Translations under genes and position numbers: made by a program
NCBI GenBank assembly: GCA_021613535.1
Contig: CP075493.1
Coordinates: forward strand, 12,338,001 to 12,402,000
Origin: Adineta vaga
Lineage: Eukaryota > Animalia > Rotifera
Reading direction: 5' to 3'
Length of the DNA: 64,000 nt
Shown here: piece after piece, positions 12,573 through 26,274 of the stretch
How positions within the stretch are numbered: the first letter of the stretch is position 1
Layout: every line of letters begins with the position of its first letter
Notes under the pieces: generated by a model
The model's database searches: none
The model's input: the letters and a program-made list of their open reading frames with translations, nothing else
Told to the model about the DNA's origin: nothing

Positions 12573-13736
12573 ATGGAAAATGATGTTGAAGACCAAAGAT
12601 CAGATGAGAATCGTATTCATAGAATATTATCATATCGAAATATTTTTACATAATAATCGGTATTATTGTTTCATTATTCATCATTCTACACAAACCATCA
12701 AAACTTAAATATACGACCGATGGCTATAGTAAAACATCATTTGATCATAGAATCAATGTCGAAACAATTCTTTCTTTTTAGTAAACACAACTATTCAAAC
12801 TGTATCATCTGTAAAAATAGATAATCAAGTTTCTGTGCAAAAAATTCATACAAAATCAATAATCGAGGAATCTATTCGATTGATATTAATGACATTTAAT
12901 GTTCAGTTTTATACAACAAGTAAAACAACAAGTCCTATTGCCAAATTTATTCTCAATCATCAACCAGATGTCTTTTGTCTACAAGAAAATGTTGATGAAC
13001 ATGGATGGAAAGCAAGAAATTTATCACCATTCGATTTATCTTCGAATTATATTCTTGCAACTGAATGCCAAGCTGAAGAACTTCATGAATATCATCCAGC
13101 AAATACAATATATATTCATCAAAAACATAAACAATATCTTGAAAAATTACCTTCGATTGATCTTTCAATAACACATGAAACACAACGATGTGCAGCTTTT
13201 ATTCGTTTATATGATACAATCATTGTTAATTTACATTTATGTGGTGAAAGATTTAATGATAAAAATTTTCGGCATTTACAAGAACATAAACATTTACAAA
13301 TAGAACGAATAATCAATACATATCATCCAGATATCATTATGGGTAAGAAGAGATATAGAACATAGATGTCTTCTTTTTAATTCATAGAAGAAATTTAGGT
13401 GATTTCAATAATGAAAATTCGGATTCGATGAGTATGAAACAATTGGATAAGTATCAATTCTATACAAATTTGGGTGTAGTAGAGCAAAAATCATTTACTC
13501 ATTATTTCATCAGTGGATCAGATTATTTACAAAAACAAACAAATTAGATTCCTGCTTACAATGAATCAACTATTGGAATGACTAGTGCATATGGTGGTAC
13601 ACCCGATTGGATTTATGTCAATGATCGAACACGTTTGACAGAAAAAATAGGAAATTTTGACGCAACAAAAACGAGTTTATCTGATCATAATGCAGTGATT
13701 GTAGAATATTTGTTTACTAAAATCGATCAGAAATAA
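12573..13736 (+). pseudogene. Endonuclease/exonuclease/phosphatase (EEP) family gene with an in-frame TAG
   Basis: MTFNV, PDVFCLQE, IVNLHL, intron 13343-13398 giving IIMGDFN, then TPDWIYV and LSDHNAV; TAG at 13545-13547 precedes the last two catalytic motifs; 5' end unclear. Confidence 0.75.
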
Positions 13737-13950
13737 CTATTACGAATCAGTTAATTTATTCATATAATAGAATGATATTTAGACTATAGTGACAGAGAAT
13801 ATATGATTTTAACACGTGCTCGTAAATAAGATGTACAAATGAAAACAAAATTTTCGGTTGTTTTCATAGCTAAAGGTAATGCAGCCAATTGCATTCGTTG
13901 AAGTTAAAATACAACAACGATGTTTTTCTTTTTCTACTATTGTCGTGAAT

Positions 13951-15366
13951 ATGTTGGACGATGAAAAGAATTCGATGAATCTTTCGAAATCATCAAACAT
14001 ATCGAAAAATCGAAGATTTGATCGTCAACAAATCAATCTTGATACACATCAATTAGTATGGTTAGATTCGGAATGTATTAAAAACACATTGCCATTCGAA
14101 CGATTAAAACAAATTATTGATTACACGAAATTTTTCGATAATATTGACGATTGTGTACGATGTATTGAACAAACAAAAGATCGAAATAAAACATTCTTAG
14201 TCTGTAAAAACGTATACCATCATGAATTACAATCTCGTTTGAAGAATACTTATTATAATATATACAAAACATATGTGTATGGACACAACGAAAATTCTCA
14301 GGGAATTTTTATGAAAATTTTTTGTTTTATTTAATAATAATTATTCAAATTTTATTTAGGAGACTAGAATTTACGATGATATCAATGATCTTTTCGTTAG
14401 TTTAGAACAAGATGTTCAAGAATATTCCGAACACGAGAAACATTTCGACTTTGGTATGTTGGAGAAACCAGAAAATTCGACGAATGCTTTTAGTGTAGAT
14501 TGGTGGGAAAAGTTTGTGAAATTCTTAATTATTTTACCATGTTCGAATAATTCTCATCAAATATTTATTGAAACTTTGAAAAATTATTATCAAGATAATA
14601 AATGTACACTTTGTATGTTAGAAAAATTCGATTCTGAATGCAAATCAGAGGATGCTATTTTATGGTTCACACGTGATACATTTCTATATCGCCTATTGAA
14701 TCAAGCATTACGTCAACATAATATTGAAGTTATGTTTCTACTTAGTTTTTATGTTCAAGATTTTTATCGACAAATGAAAATCGAAAATGAAAATTTTAGA
14801 AAAAAATACTTAGAAAATCCTTGTATAACATTATATCGCGGTCAAATTATGCGATTAAATGAATTAGAACGATTAAAAGTCGGCGATACAATTATTAATA
14901 ATAGTTTTCTTTCATCAACATTCAAGCTTTATTACTTTACGATCAAGCAATAGAAGAATGGCAAGATTTTATTGATATTGATGAAGAATTAAATTGTTCG
15001 TATAATCTCGCTCATATACATACTGATATAGCTGTTTGTTATTTTGAAAAAATGAAAGAACGAAACATAGATTTAGCTATTGAATATTTATCACAAGCAG
15101 TGAAATTAAATCAAGGAGTGAATCTTGTTACTCATTATCAAGATCGAGCAATTGCAACTATTGAAATAAAACTAGCTGATATTCGAATGAAATTAGAAGA
15201 TTATCAAATGGCGTATAAGCATTATGAAAATGCATTGGAAATTTATCGAAAAATCGAACAATTATCCGATGAAGATGAAATTAAAAAAATCGAAACGAGA
15301 ATGAACTATATTGAAAAAAATTTATTTCACAAAGACAATCACAACATAAGACGTCAGTGTTTATGA
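13951..15366 (+). pseudogene. ART-TPR gene with an internal deletion and frameshift
   Basis: LVWLD N-terminal domain, WFTRDTFLYRLLNQALR, LYRGQ and SFLSST, then an abrupt out-of-frame jump near 14921 to TPR helices (ALLLYDQAIEEW...AYKHYENALEIY); the ExE half of the ART domain is absent. Confidence 0.75.
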
Positions 15367-16198
15367 ATACCAATATTAATAGTTTTAGTTTTTTGACATG
15401 TTTGAGTTATTGGATTGATTGTTGTTGATTGTTTTGATAAACATAATAGAGATCTTAATTTTGAATTGAAATCTGGTAATAACATACAGCAAACAAGTGG
15501 TAAAAGAAAGGCAATATAATAGACAAAAAATTCTACATAAAAATTGAATTCCATTCCAAGATAATCGGATATTTCTAATTTATAAGCCAGTGTTAAACAT
15601 GTATATGGAATATTAAAAAGAAAAAAGAGCAAAGACGAAGATAATAATTGAATAATCATTTTACGTTGTTTTCGCCAATTAATTGATTGATGCAAACGAT
15701 GTTTATGTAAGAAAATACGTAATAAAAGACTCATACTAAAGATAATTATAATTACGGTTGGAATAATTTGATTAAAAATCAAACACCAACATCGTATAAA
15801 AACACTTTCTAATACACCCTAACCATAAAGTTCATAAGAATCATAAGAATTTTCACAAAAAGAAACAAAATATAGAATAAAATAATAAATTGTTGCCCAA
15901 GCAAAAATCATTGTTTGAAGTGCATAACTATAACATAATCAATGTAAATTCACAAAAGCGAAAAGAGTGGATTTTGTAAAAGAGATATTCCATCGTGTAC
16001 TTGTTAAATCAGATACAAGATTAGCAAGAAGAATAATGATAATAATATGATTATTGAGTCCTTGTCGAAGTGATCGATTGCTAAGAAGATGATAGGTGTA
16101 AAGACTGCGATTGTATTTGGAATTAAATAGAGATAAGCTTGAATTGTTGGTGAAAATATTATACAAAATCTTTCAGCTAATGAAAATATATAGAACAA
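15354..16198 (-). pseudogene. Frameshifted and deleted class A-like GPCR
   Basis: Fragments in several frames: YHLLSNRSLRQGLNNHIIIIILL and QIIPTVIIIIFSMSLLLR...INWRKQRKMIIQLL; TM3-4 region shortened. Confidence 0.75.
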
Positions 16199-16337
16199 CC
16201 CAGAAAGAGTTCTTTTTGATTTTGATGAAAATTTGTACTTGCAGTATACTCATCTTACATGATCTAAATGTTAGATTAATAAGTTTTAGCGTTTAAATCT
16301 CGCAATCAATTGAATATAAGCAAGCTACGAAAAATAA

Positions 16338-19300
16338 TCAATAAAATCGTTTGAATATTTGAACCAATCGAGTGTTTTTAAGTTCATTACAGTAATTAGT
16401 AGACGGTAGAATAAATATGAAGAAAGTAACTGTCATGGGAAAGATAGAAATTAGATACGAAGCAAGATAAATATTTTCTTGCCATGAATATTCGATACAA
16501 GAAAAAGCAAAGACAAAGATTAATCTCGGTAAACCAAAGATAAGTAATAAACATGGACTAATAAAACAATGTTTAATCAATGAAATTTCATGAAAAAATA
16601 ATGCGACAAAACTTTTCTTTATCATTGATTTGGTGAAATTTTCCAACAATTGTTTTCGACTAATAATACGAAAAAGTAGAAGAATTGTTGAAATAAAATT
16701 AATTAAAAAAGGTAACATTATATGAAATATATTCATTCCTTTTCTTAAGAAAATTAACCATAAATGATTTTTCGGATAATCAATTACACACCATGATTGT
16801 TGATTAGAACGTGGATTATTAGTAAGTTGTCGAAAAAATGTGTCGTGTATATTTGTAAGAATATTAATCAAAACAAGAATGAAAATAATTCGTTTAGCTA
16901 TATAATTACTCAATTGTTGATTAAAATTAACTCCTTTTATACAATTAGTTAAACTTTCAACTGCAATACAAGCTGTTAACTAATCATACATCGATGGTAA
17001 ACTATTCAATACAAATTCCAAGCCAATACATGATACGAAATAGTTCGACCATTTATAATATAGAAAAATTAATTTTAGAAAAAATCCCATTAAACCAATT
17101 TGTCCAACAATACTTAGAGTTCTTAGATAAAGAGTACAACCATTTTTAGAAAGTTTTCTTTGAAAAAAAACATCAATTGAAAGAAGATTTGTACAGGTAC
17201 CAAAGATAAAAACAAAACCGCTAAGAATAATCAAAATATGATTGATGTTTAATGCATCGACCGATATTGTATATGCTAATGTAGTAAATTGACATATATC
17301 ACCATAATAACATTTGGGACAAGCACATGCAAACATTAATTTCGATGATGAGAATAATGATTGTCGACATTGTCCATTGTTTAAACAATAGGTAGAAGTC
17401 GATGAACAATTTGCAATTGAATAATCAAAATGAAAACATTCAAAATTTCCTTCATTATCGCAAATACACATGAAATGTTCATCATAGAAACATTGTAAAC
17501 CAATATGATAACAGGCACGATGATAAAATTTGATTCGATCATGAGAATTTAATGTATTATTCAATTGGTAATCATTCCAATTTAAAATATTATTAACATG
17601 TGAACATCGATGAGAAGGAAGTATAGAAGTTTTTGCAAATTCATTGAAACGTTTATGTAAACCAATTAGAAAATGATCATTATGATATGAATTATAAAAG
17701 ATTTGTGCAAATATAAAGTGTGAAAGAGAAGAATGACGATAATAGATAGTTGATATTGAAGAATTATATTGAATATTTGAATATATCAAATGACTTTGAA
17801 TGTGTAATTTTGGTAATCCATTAGAAATATCAGCAAAATAAATAATCATCAAGGGAATTCTATTCATATCAGTTGATGATGTAAATTGTTTTTGAACTGA
17901 TGACGGAATATCGATAAGAACTTTCACAGAATTCAATTCACATTGAAGACCATAATAAGATGGTAAACATAAACAAATCAATTGAAATTTCGGTAAACGT
18001 ATATCAAATGGAAAACAAGTTCCACCATTTTGACAGGGATTATTTTGAAGACAAGAATTATAAAAATATTCACAATCATTACCATATCTTCCCAATGAGC
18101 AAACGTCGTTATTTATAAGAAGATTTGTATGATTCATTGTTTGTTTTGATTGATCGGTTAAATTTATTTTTAAAGCCATTCGATTCACTGGCAGAAACTC
18201 GAATGGAATCAATTTTATTTCTCGAAAAAGAAATTCAATGGAATTCAATGAGATTCGATAGATATCAAAGTAAATCGAATAAGAATCATGTTGATCTTTT
18301 GGATTTGAATAGACAAGATAAAACAAATGTTTATATCGTGAAATAAGATAATGAAGAACTAATTCTTCGCGATCGATGATTTCATTTCGTTCGTTAATAA
18401 GTGTAGCAACTAGACGAAAGAATTCCGGACGATCTTCAACATCATTGGGATATTGACGAAATTCAAATTCAATATGAATAGATATTCGATCGGTTTGAAA
18501 TTGACAGAATTCTCCATGATAACTTGGTGGACAAAAACAAAATTTATCACTTACTGGTAGACCACGATGACAATTTAGTGGAGATCTGAAAAAAAGAAAA
18601 CATCACCTAGTCCAAATTGTGAAGAAAACTAACTTACACTTTTTTTATTAATGGGATTAGAGGTAAATTTGTTGGTTTGCTTATCGTGTGATTGATTGGC
18701 TGATCAATAATAGCAAATAATTTTTCATAGAGTGGAAATTGTTTGAAATCATCAAGTGATGCCGGTTCATAAATTCGTTCATAATCAATTAAATCACAAA
18801 ACCAAGTGTCCTCTCCATTTTTGCAACGACTCCCTTTTGTCGTATCATATTCACATCGGGTTTTGCCATCGATCAAACAATTGAAACTATTTTGACAAGC
18901 AAATTTGCCTTCTGAACAATGTTTTGTGTTGATTAATTTTGTTCGCCATGGACAAGGTAATTCATCATCACCATTGGGACAATGATTTTTTCCATCACAA
19001 ATATGTTCGACAAGAATGCATTTTGAACTATTTGCACAACGAAATCTTTTGGTTGGACTATCGGGATATTTCATGAGACAATAACCGTCTCGTTCATCTG
19101 TCGCACCAAGACAATCGATTCGTCCATCACCTACTCGCTTGATATGAATATATTCTAAACCAGTAGGTGTAAAACAATAATAATAATCTGATGAAATAAA
19201 AAGTGAATTTTTATTATAACTACAACTATGTTCGTCACTTCCATCGATACAATCCCAATAATAATTGCACTGTGCATTACGACGATTGCATGTTTGTTTC

Positions 19301-21418
19301 CATGACTCACAATGACGTTCATCATTAGCATCTGGATCGTCTACATTACCGTCGCAAATTTTCCAAAATTGAAATATATCAATTCCATTTTCATTTCTTG
19401 GTGTTTCTAAACCATCACGTATCCATTGACAACCGAACTTATATTTGTTTTCAGAACTTGTACATTGATTGATCTGAGATAATTGACTTGAATCACATAT
19501 TTTTTCGGAATCTCGCGCAATAACATCACGCTTTGGTAGACAACCTGCGGAACATATCATACGATCTGTCAAATTGAATGAACACACTTTTTTGTATTCC
19601 ATTAATTCGTCATCACGATGAAGACAATCATCTGTACTGTCTCTTAGACGATAGAGAGATACAGATCGATTTGATTTTTCACATTTGTATAGATTCTTTT
19701 CATTTTTCACTTCAAACTAAAAACATCATTATCATTATGCATTAATTCGATTAATAAAATGATTACAGAATTGAAAGAAAGGTATGACAAACTATATGAA
19801 ATTTTGAATGAGAGTAAAATGATGAAAGATAGACCTGTTGGTATGAATTCTTTGAAAACTTTATGTACACTGTGAACTCTAGAATTGAGTTAGGTATGAC
19901 ATTGAATAGAAAATTCCTTTTAAGTTTCTATCTAACGATAATATATCGAATTAGAAGAATCAAAGTATGACGAACCTGTGTAGTTAACATTGGTGGATGA
20001 CAGTTCATAGCAAAGAATCGCTTCAAAAGACCATAGAAGTGCCAGTATGTCATTTGGTTTCCTACTGAAATTCCAAGTTGATTTAATGTTCGACATACTT
20101 CTTTCAATGAATATGAATCTTGTTCGCACCATGTTCCATCATAACAAACATATTGAGGCAAACCAAAATTATGAAAATTCGGATCAGATTGATTATATTT
20201 CATAGTCACATTGGCTGGAAACGGTATGGTTAATTGCTGTTTTGGAAAAACAAAAAGGTTGCTTGGACAATAAGAACGTACACCACTTGTACAATTATAT
20301 CTTTTGCTAGTAATATTGAGTCGATTAACAAATGACGAGATATCTAGACGTATTTTATATGGCCAGCCACAAATCTCGCTACACCGTTGTATTATGACCG
20401 GTTTATACTCGATATTATCGAGATCTAATAAACACATGAAAACATGCCAGCAGCCCATAGGTATGGAATCATCGTGAGTGAACATTTTTGTCCAAACAAG
20501 TTGACTTTCTTTGTTATAACATTCTGATTTAAATGGATGAATCGATGTATGTGATAAACATTTAAATGTTTCACAAGATTGTTCGAGATAATAGCAAGAA
20601 TATTCTTCACAAAACATTGATGGATTTTCTGAACATACTGGATAATCAATATCCCGTAGGTGATCAGTTTGAATGATTCCTGTTTTTGGAGGATCATAAG
20701 ATTCATCAGTTCTATCCAAACAATCATAGATATAATCAAATGAAAAAGACAATGGAATACAAAGACCATTTCGACATCGATATTCATCATCTTGACAAAT
20801 ATTTGCTTCTAATATCAAGCAGAATCGTTCATCTTCGCCCATTTCGCAATCATAAAAACCATCACAAATTTGTCGCCAATTGAGACAGTTCTGCTTCAAA
20901 CATTTATCTGCCAATGGACCTTTATAGCATGTTTCACTCATCGTTTTAGGGTCTTTAGAAAAATATTCATCGATTGATTTTTCGAATGATTTCCTTGGCC
21001 AATCATCGAGAAAATATTCACAGTTTTTTCCAAATCTATTTGTTGTTGAACATTTACAAAATACTTGATCATTTTCATTATGAAGAAATTTTTCATAATC
21101 ATTCATAATATCAATTGATACGTGCCATTCAAATAGATCATCAATAGTAATGTTATTTCGTTGTAATTCTTTAAATGTCGTTCGTTCTTCTTGACATTCC
21201 TTTTCGTCCGCTTTTGATGGAACTGTATCTCGTCTACAATAAGGAACAAGAGACCAAGCATTTAGAAGGGCTCTTTCGTGATTGTTTCGATTATGAAGTT
21301 GACTATGAATGTAAAAGCAATCATAATATGAACGATTAAGTATTGATGAAGTGTGATGAAGATAACTATGGACAAGTGATCGAATTGAAAAGAACAGTAT
21401 CAAATGATACATTAACAT
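16338..21418 (-). pseudogene. Large LDLa-repeat + EGF + 7TM receptor with a nonsense codon in TM3
   Basis: Signal peptide; many LDLa repeats (WRQICDGFYDCEMGEDE, YRCRNGLCIP...DCLDRTDE, FRCANSSKCI...DDE); EGF repeats (CQNGGTC...CLCLPSYYGLQCE); 7TM; TAG at 16982-16980 in MYD*LTACIAVES where Trp is expected. Exons between 19720 and 19975 not resolved. Confidence 0.8.
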
Positions 21419-21477
21419 CTAAATGATAGATAATAGCACAAATTTTTATTTAAATGAAAGAAAAAAATATGAGCATA

Positions 21478-21684
21478 TACGTAGGTGTCCTTTAAATAGT
21501 GATGTTGTTCGCATATCTTTTCTCCGTTTCTTTCTGACGCAAGTACAACCGTTATAACTAACCAAACTCTATAAGTGAATCTTGTTCAACTATTATTAGT
21601 TGATAAAGATGACTTTCTCCTTAGAAGATAGGGTAGTTCACTATTAGATTCATCGTGTTACTACTTTTAAAAGGCTTACATGTA
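21478..21684. mobile_element. Possible degenerate Tc1/mariner-type MITE
   Basis: TA-bounded imperfect inverted ends: tacgtaggtgtcctttaaatagt versus the reverse complement tacatgtaagccttttaaaagt. Confidence 0.25.
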
Positions 21685-22781
21685 CCCAAGTTTTTCTGTA
21701 TGAATATGAAACAAACTATTTATCGATATAGTATATATTTTCTATGACAGATGTTTTATCTGACTGATTATCAAAAATCAATAAAAAAATAGTTTTTCTT
21801 TTCTTGTCAATCAAATTTTATTAACCGTCAATTATTGCCATCTTGATATATATACATATTTACTTAAATTTAACTCTGATTGACATATCTATGAGTTTTA
21901 TTTGTGATAATTAAAACTTCAGCATTTGCAATACTGTAAAAATTCGTATATTCAATCGAAAGAAAAAGATAAAGGTGTGGATTTTAACTTCAAATTAAAA
22001 AACAATTTCATAGAATAATGATTCTCAAAGATATCTGTCACTAAGAAAAGTTTATCTTTGATCAATCTATATCTCGTCAGGCTTTTCTTACTATTAAAAC
22101 TAGTTTATGATAGGAAAAGTTTTCGTAAAATAGAAAAACTAAATTTTAATATTGAACGTCTATTGTAACAATATCGTCTTCAATTATTAAGATTGCAACT
22201 TGCATACAAAATATTGCACATGCTTTTCTCGCTAATTACTTTCGAGAATAGATAATGAGTTTTTTTCTGATTTCTTTTTAGTTTATATACTGTATCAGTA
22301 GCTCTTAGAATGTGAAGGACTTTTTATATTGTTTTTTTTTTCGGAAAATTTATTCAACCCTATATAATGCTTGAAAATATTTCTTTCACTTTTAATAATT
22401 ATTGTTGAAAACAGAAAACTATCGCAGTTAACATTTGATTAAACGAGATCTATTGACGTCATTTAGAAAGAACGCAGTAGAGAAAAACAACAAAGAGGAA
22501 ATGGCACCTTTGTTTTATGGAAAAAAAGTGAAGAAAATGCAGATAATAAAGTTATCGATCATTTTACTCTTTAAAAACAATATATGCAACGTTTCCTTCC
22601 ACTATAAATAACATCATGAAATATGAAAATGTGCTTTATCTATATATTTTAAATAACAATAAAAGCCATGAGCATGTTCAGTAAATAAGCTAAAAATATT
22701 TTACATGTTGTCGTTGACTTGTTGTGCCTTTCTCATTTAGATTTTCTTCTTTCATTTTACACACGTACATTTACATTTATC

Positions 22782-23744
22782 ATGTTACTGCGACTTGCAA
22801 ATTTATCTGATGATATCGAACGAAGTCACGATTTTTATCTTCATACTGATATTCATCAAACAATTCGAATTGTATTATTAATTACATTTCTAATCCCTTC
22901 GATTGTTTGTTATCTTTTGGTCATCATTTTAATTCTTAAAAATAAATCTCTTCGTTCTGCACGACATAATTATGTCATGTTACTTATATTATTTGTTTCA
23001 TTTCTTCTCGTTTGTACTGATATTCCATGGATAATCTATTATTATCAAAAACATCGAATTGTAATTCAATCACCTATATTCTGTTTAATTTGGTGGTTTA
23101 TTGATGTCTATTGTTTATATACCTGTCAAATATTAATTGCATGGGCTGCTTTTGAACGACATATTCTTATTTTTCATAGTCATTCATACCATCGAAAATG
23201 GATTAAACTTTGTTTTCATCACTTTGTACCAATTAGTTTGCTCATTTACACATTTGTGTTTTATATCTATGCTATTTTTCTTCTACCATGTGCAACTCTT
23301 TATGAATTAGATGGTGAATCATGTTATGAGCCTTGCTATTTTAGTGATATAGTTTTTGGTTTATGGGAAACGATATTACATGGAATGATAACAACAGTAT
23401 GGATTATTTCTTTTAGTGTTGTACTTATCTTTCGAATCTATCGATCAAGAAGTCGTTTACAGCAATCAATTAATTGGAAAAAATATCGTAAAATGTTTGT
23501 TCAAATTATTTCCATAGCAACACTTTATTTATCGATTAGTTTTCCCGTTTGTATCTTATATTTATTCTATTATAATCGTACTTCTGATTTGACGGAGAAA
23601 TTATTGAAAATTTTTGCTTATTTGAATTATTTTATTCCTCTGTTTCTTCCGTTTGTATGTTTATCATCTTTACCGGAAATTTTGAGGGGTATCAAACGAA
23701 ATCTACGTCGCCGAAAGAATCGTCGAATTCGATCGATGAATTAA
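22782..23744 (+). CDS. Class A-like 7TM GPCR, intronless
   Basis: LIPSIVC, TDIPW, FCLIWWF, AWAAFERHILIFH and INWKKYRKM; seven TM segments. Confidence 0.85.
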   Translation: MLLRLANLSDDIERSHDFYLHTDIHQTIRIVLLITFLIPSIVCYLLVIILILKNKSLRSARHNYVMLLILFVSFLLVCTDIPWIIYYYQKHRIVIQSPIFCLIWWFIDVYCLYTCQILIAWAAFERHILIFHSHSYHRKWIKLCFHHFVPISLLIYTFVFYIYAIFLLPCATLYELDGESCYEPCYFSDIVFGLWETILHGMITTVWIISFSVVLIFRIYRSRSRLQQSINWKKYRKMFVQIISIATLYLSISFPVCILYLFYYNRTSDLTEKLLKIFAYLNYFIPLFLPFVCLSSLPEILRGIKRNLRRRKNRRIRSMN

Positions 23745-24027
23745 TCTGTTCATGAAATAATAACATTTATGTTGATTAGATTTATTAGGGCTGCTTAGAA
23801 GATTATTTTTCATACAATGTAATACTTTTATTTTGTATCTTTTTTCGTCCTTGTTCTATGATATTTTTGATCAAATCTTCGTGAAAAAAAAGAACTAGAT
23901 TCATCATAAAAATGAGTGTAACTTTAGAACATATATTCGATTACATTTTTTGAAAGGATTAGCTTAAATATATATATTCGAAAATATGACCGATTATTTC
24001 TGTTATTACCTCTCTCAACGAAATCGA

Positions 24028-25049
24028 ATGCACACAAAAATCAATTTCTCGATAATTATCTTTCTCAAGTAAATGAAATTGTTATTATTGTTGAATATTT
24101 CAACTATTGATTGATTTAGTTGTTTCGTTTTTCAAGTAAAGAGTAAAATATGTGGTGGACTATCTCAATATGATCGATGTTCGACAAATACTGCATGTGG
24201 ATGTTTCCATTACGCAAATTCAAGTGACAAGGCGATATGTGCCTATCTCTATGAAAGTTGTTCGGAACTGACAGCATGCGATCCAGTACATCGTACTTGT
24301 TATGAATCTGATCATACTTGTGTTCATCATCCACGGTGTCATCATGCTCCTGTTTGTTATCCATCATCAATGATACAACAACAATTTTGTCCAGCAATTC
24401 CAAGTAAGATAGGAAAAAAACAAATAATACTTTGAATTTGATTCTTTATCTTCTTCTTTCGTACTTACGTTAGCAACGAATACTACTGTACCCTTGAGTA
24501 CAACTACGATCAGAACAACAACAACCGCCGAACCTATTCGACAAAGTGAGTGGATATTGTGTCAAGAACTTATGTCATTTGTTATCAATTGTATTAATAG
24601 ATTGTTCACATGCGAACCTAATTACATTCAATGATATCACAAAAGATTCGTTAGCTGAAATACCATCAAATTATCTCGATTTGAATTGGAAAAATTTCTA
24701 TGTAATGAATATCAGTTCTTTCCCAGTATATGAATCGAGTGGTTTTTCAGTAGCACGCCAAAATGGATATATTGCATTTAATAAAAATGGATCCATTGTG
24801 ACAATTAGTGTCGATCCTCCCAACACGTTTAGTATACATTCATTTGTTGCTACAACAGCTATTCGAAATTATCAGAAATTAACGATGATCGGTATGCGTG
24901 GATTGCAACGATGGTATTCGGCATCATATCCATTATATACAAATTGGGCACAAGTAGTTGATATAAATTTTTTAAATATTAGTTCAATAACATTGTCAAT
25001 GCAAGATTCAATTGAATTTGCGATGGATAATTTATGTATTTCAATGTAA
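24028..25049 (+). CDS. Secreted protein: signal peptide + Cys-rich domain + Thr-rich linker + beta-rich C-terminal domain, 4 exons
   Basis: MHTKINFSIIIFLN-CFVFQVKS across intron 24069-24119; Cys-rich exon (CSTNTACGC...CVHHPRCHHAPVCYP...FCP); TTT-rich exon; last exon ITFNDI...IPSNYLDLNWKN...FAMDNLCI. Confidence 0.7.
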
Positions 25050-25399
25050 ATTCAGTCGAATTTTGAACAAGATCATATTTATTCATTTGCTCCATTCTTT
25101 GATGGTTACTTTTTTCTCTCAAGAAAAAAATAAAATAAAAATAAGACGAAATCGAATAAACTCTTTAGGAAAAACAATAGTAGTTATTGTTTATTGAAAT
25201 TATACGAGACAAAGAAAAGTATACTTTGTAACATGGATTGAACAACATCAAAGAAAGACAATACAAAATATTATTTGAAAATTGAACGAAGAAGTAAAAG
25301 GGAAGAACACTGAAAGCTTGCAGAAAAGAAAAGATATAATAAAGAATATGTTCCACAATGGGTAAATGAGAATTCAAGTATATATTTTGATCGATCAAA

Positions 25400-25830
25400 G
25401 AATCCGGAATAGAGCAACCATGACTGTAACACTGCGTCATGAGAATGCTCACGCTATTTACCTTTGCTTCATTACAAAGATTTGTTGAGCAAAATGTATA
25501 TCCTTCGGGTATTGTCGATGAGCAGTTCATTCCAGCTGTGTAGCTACGCCAGATATTGTTGTCACTTCACTAGCACTAAACGTCTAATATACGAGAAAGA
25601 TTATTATATATACATATTAAAATGTTCAGTATTCAAAGATGACTTACATAACAAGCATTAAAGCCGGATATTGCGCTATATGTTCCACCGCTACCGATAT
25701 AGCACAACTAATACTAACAACAATGGGTGCCAACACTAAAGAGATAATAAACAGACTGAAATGAACGAATTATGATTGAGAAATTACTGACCATAAGAGC
25801 AATAATGATAGTGAGAAGAGATTGTTTCAT
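25400..25830 (-). pseudogene. Small Ly6/three-finger-like, probably GPI-anchored protein with frameshifts
   Basis: Signal MKQSLLTIIIALM, CYIGSGG...ACY, terminal FCSTNLCN and a hydrophobic tail; the pieces need small frameshifts to join. Confidence 0.45.
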
Positions 25831-26274
25831 ATTTGTTGTTTTGTTTCTGTATGAATAGAATTGTAAGAAGAAGAAAGAAACTACACGTTTTAACTAAAAA
25901 TGCAATGAATGTAAGGATGATGCTGTCTGAATTTATAGTTATGTGAAGAAAGTAGTTACTTATTTTTTTAGTTCATAGCTGAGTGATTTCAAGCAAAGAC
26001 TGTTATATAGCAACTTCTCTCTCTCTCATGAAACAATATTATTGTTTCTGTTTTTTTTGCATGAAAGATGGTTAAAAATAATCTACTAGAGAATAAGTTT
26101 TGTATATTAGCTTTATCCTTGAAAACGAGAAAATTGTTCTATTACTTTTTATTAAACATATTTGACGAATTTCTTAGAATTTTCTTAACGTAACATTGCT
26201 GTTAGGCAACCAAAAATATACTGAACAGTCAACACTTAATAAAACTCATATATTTCAATTACTTTCATTGATAG

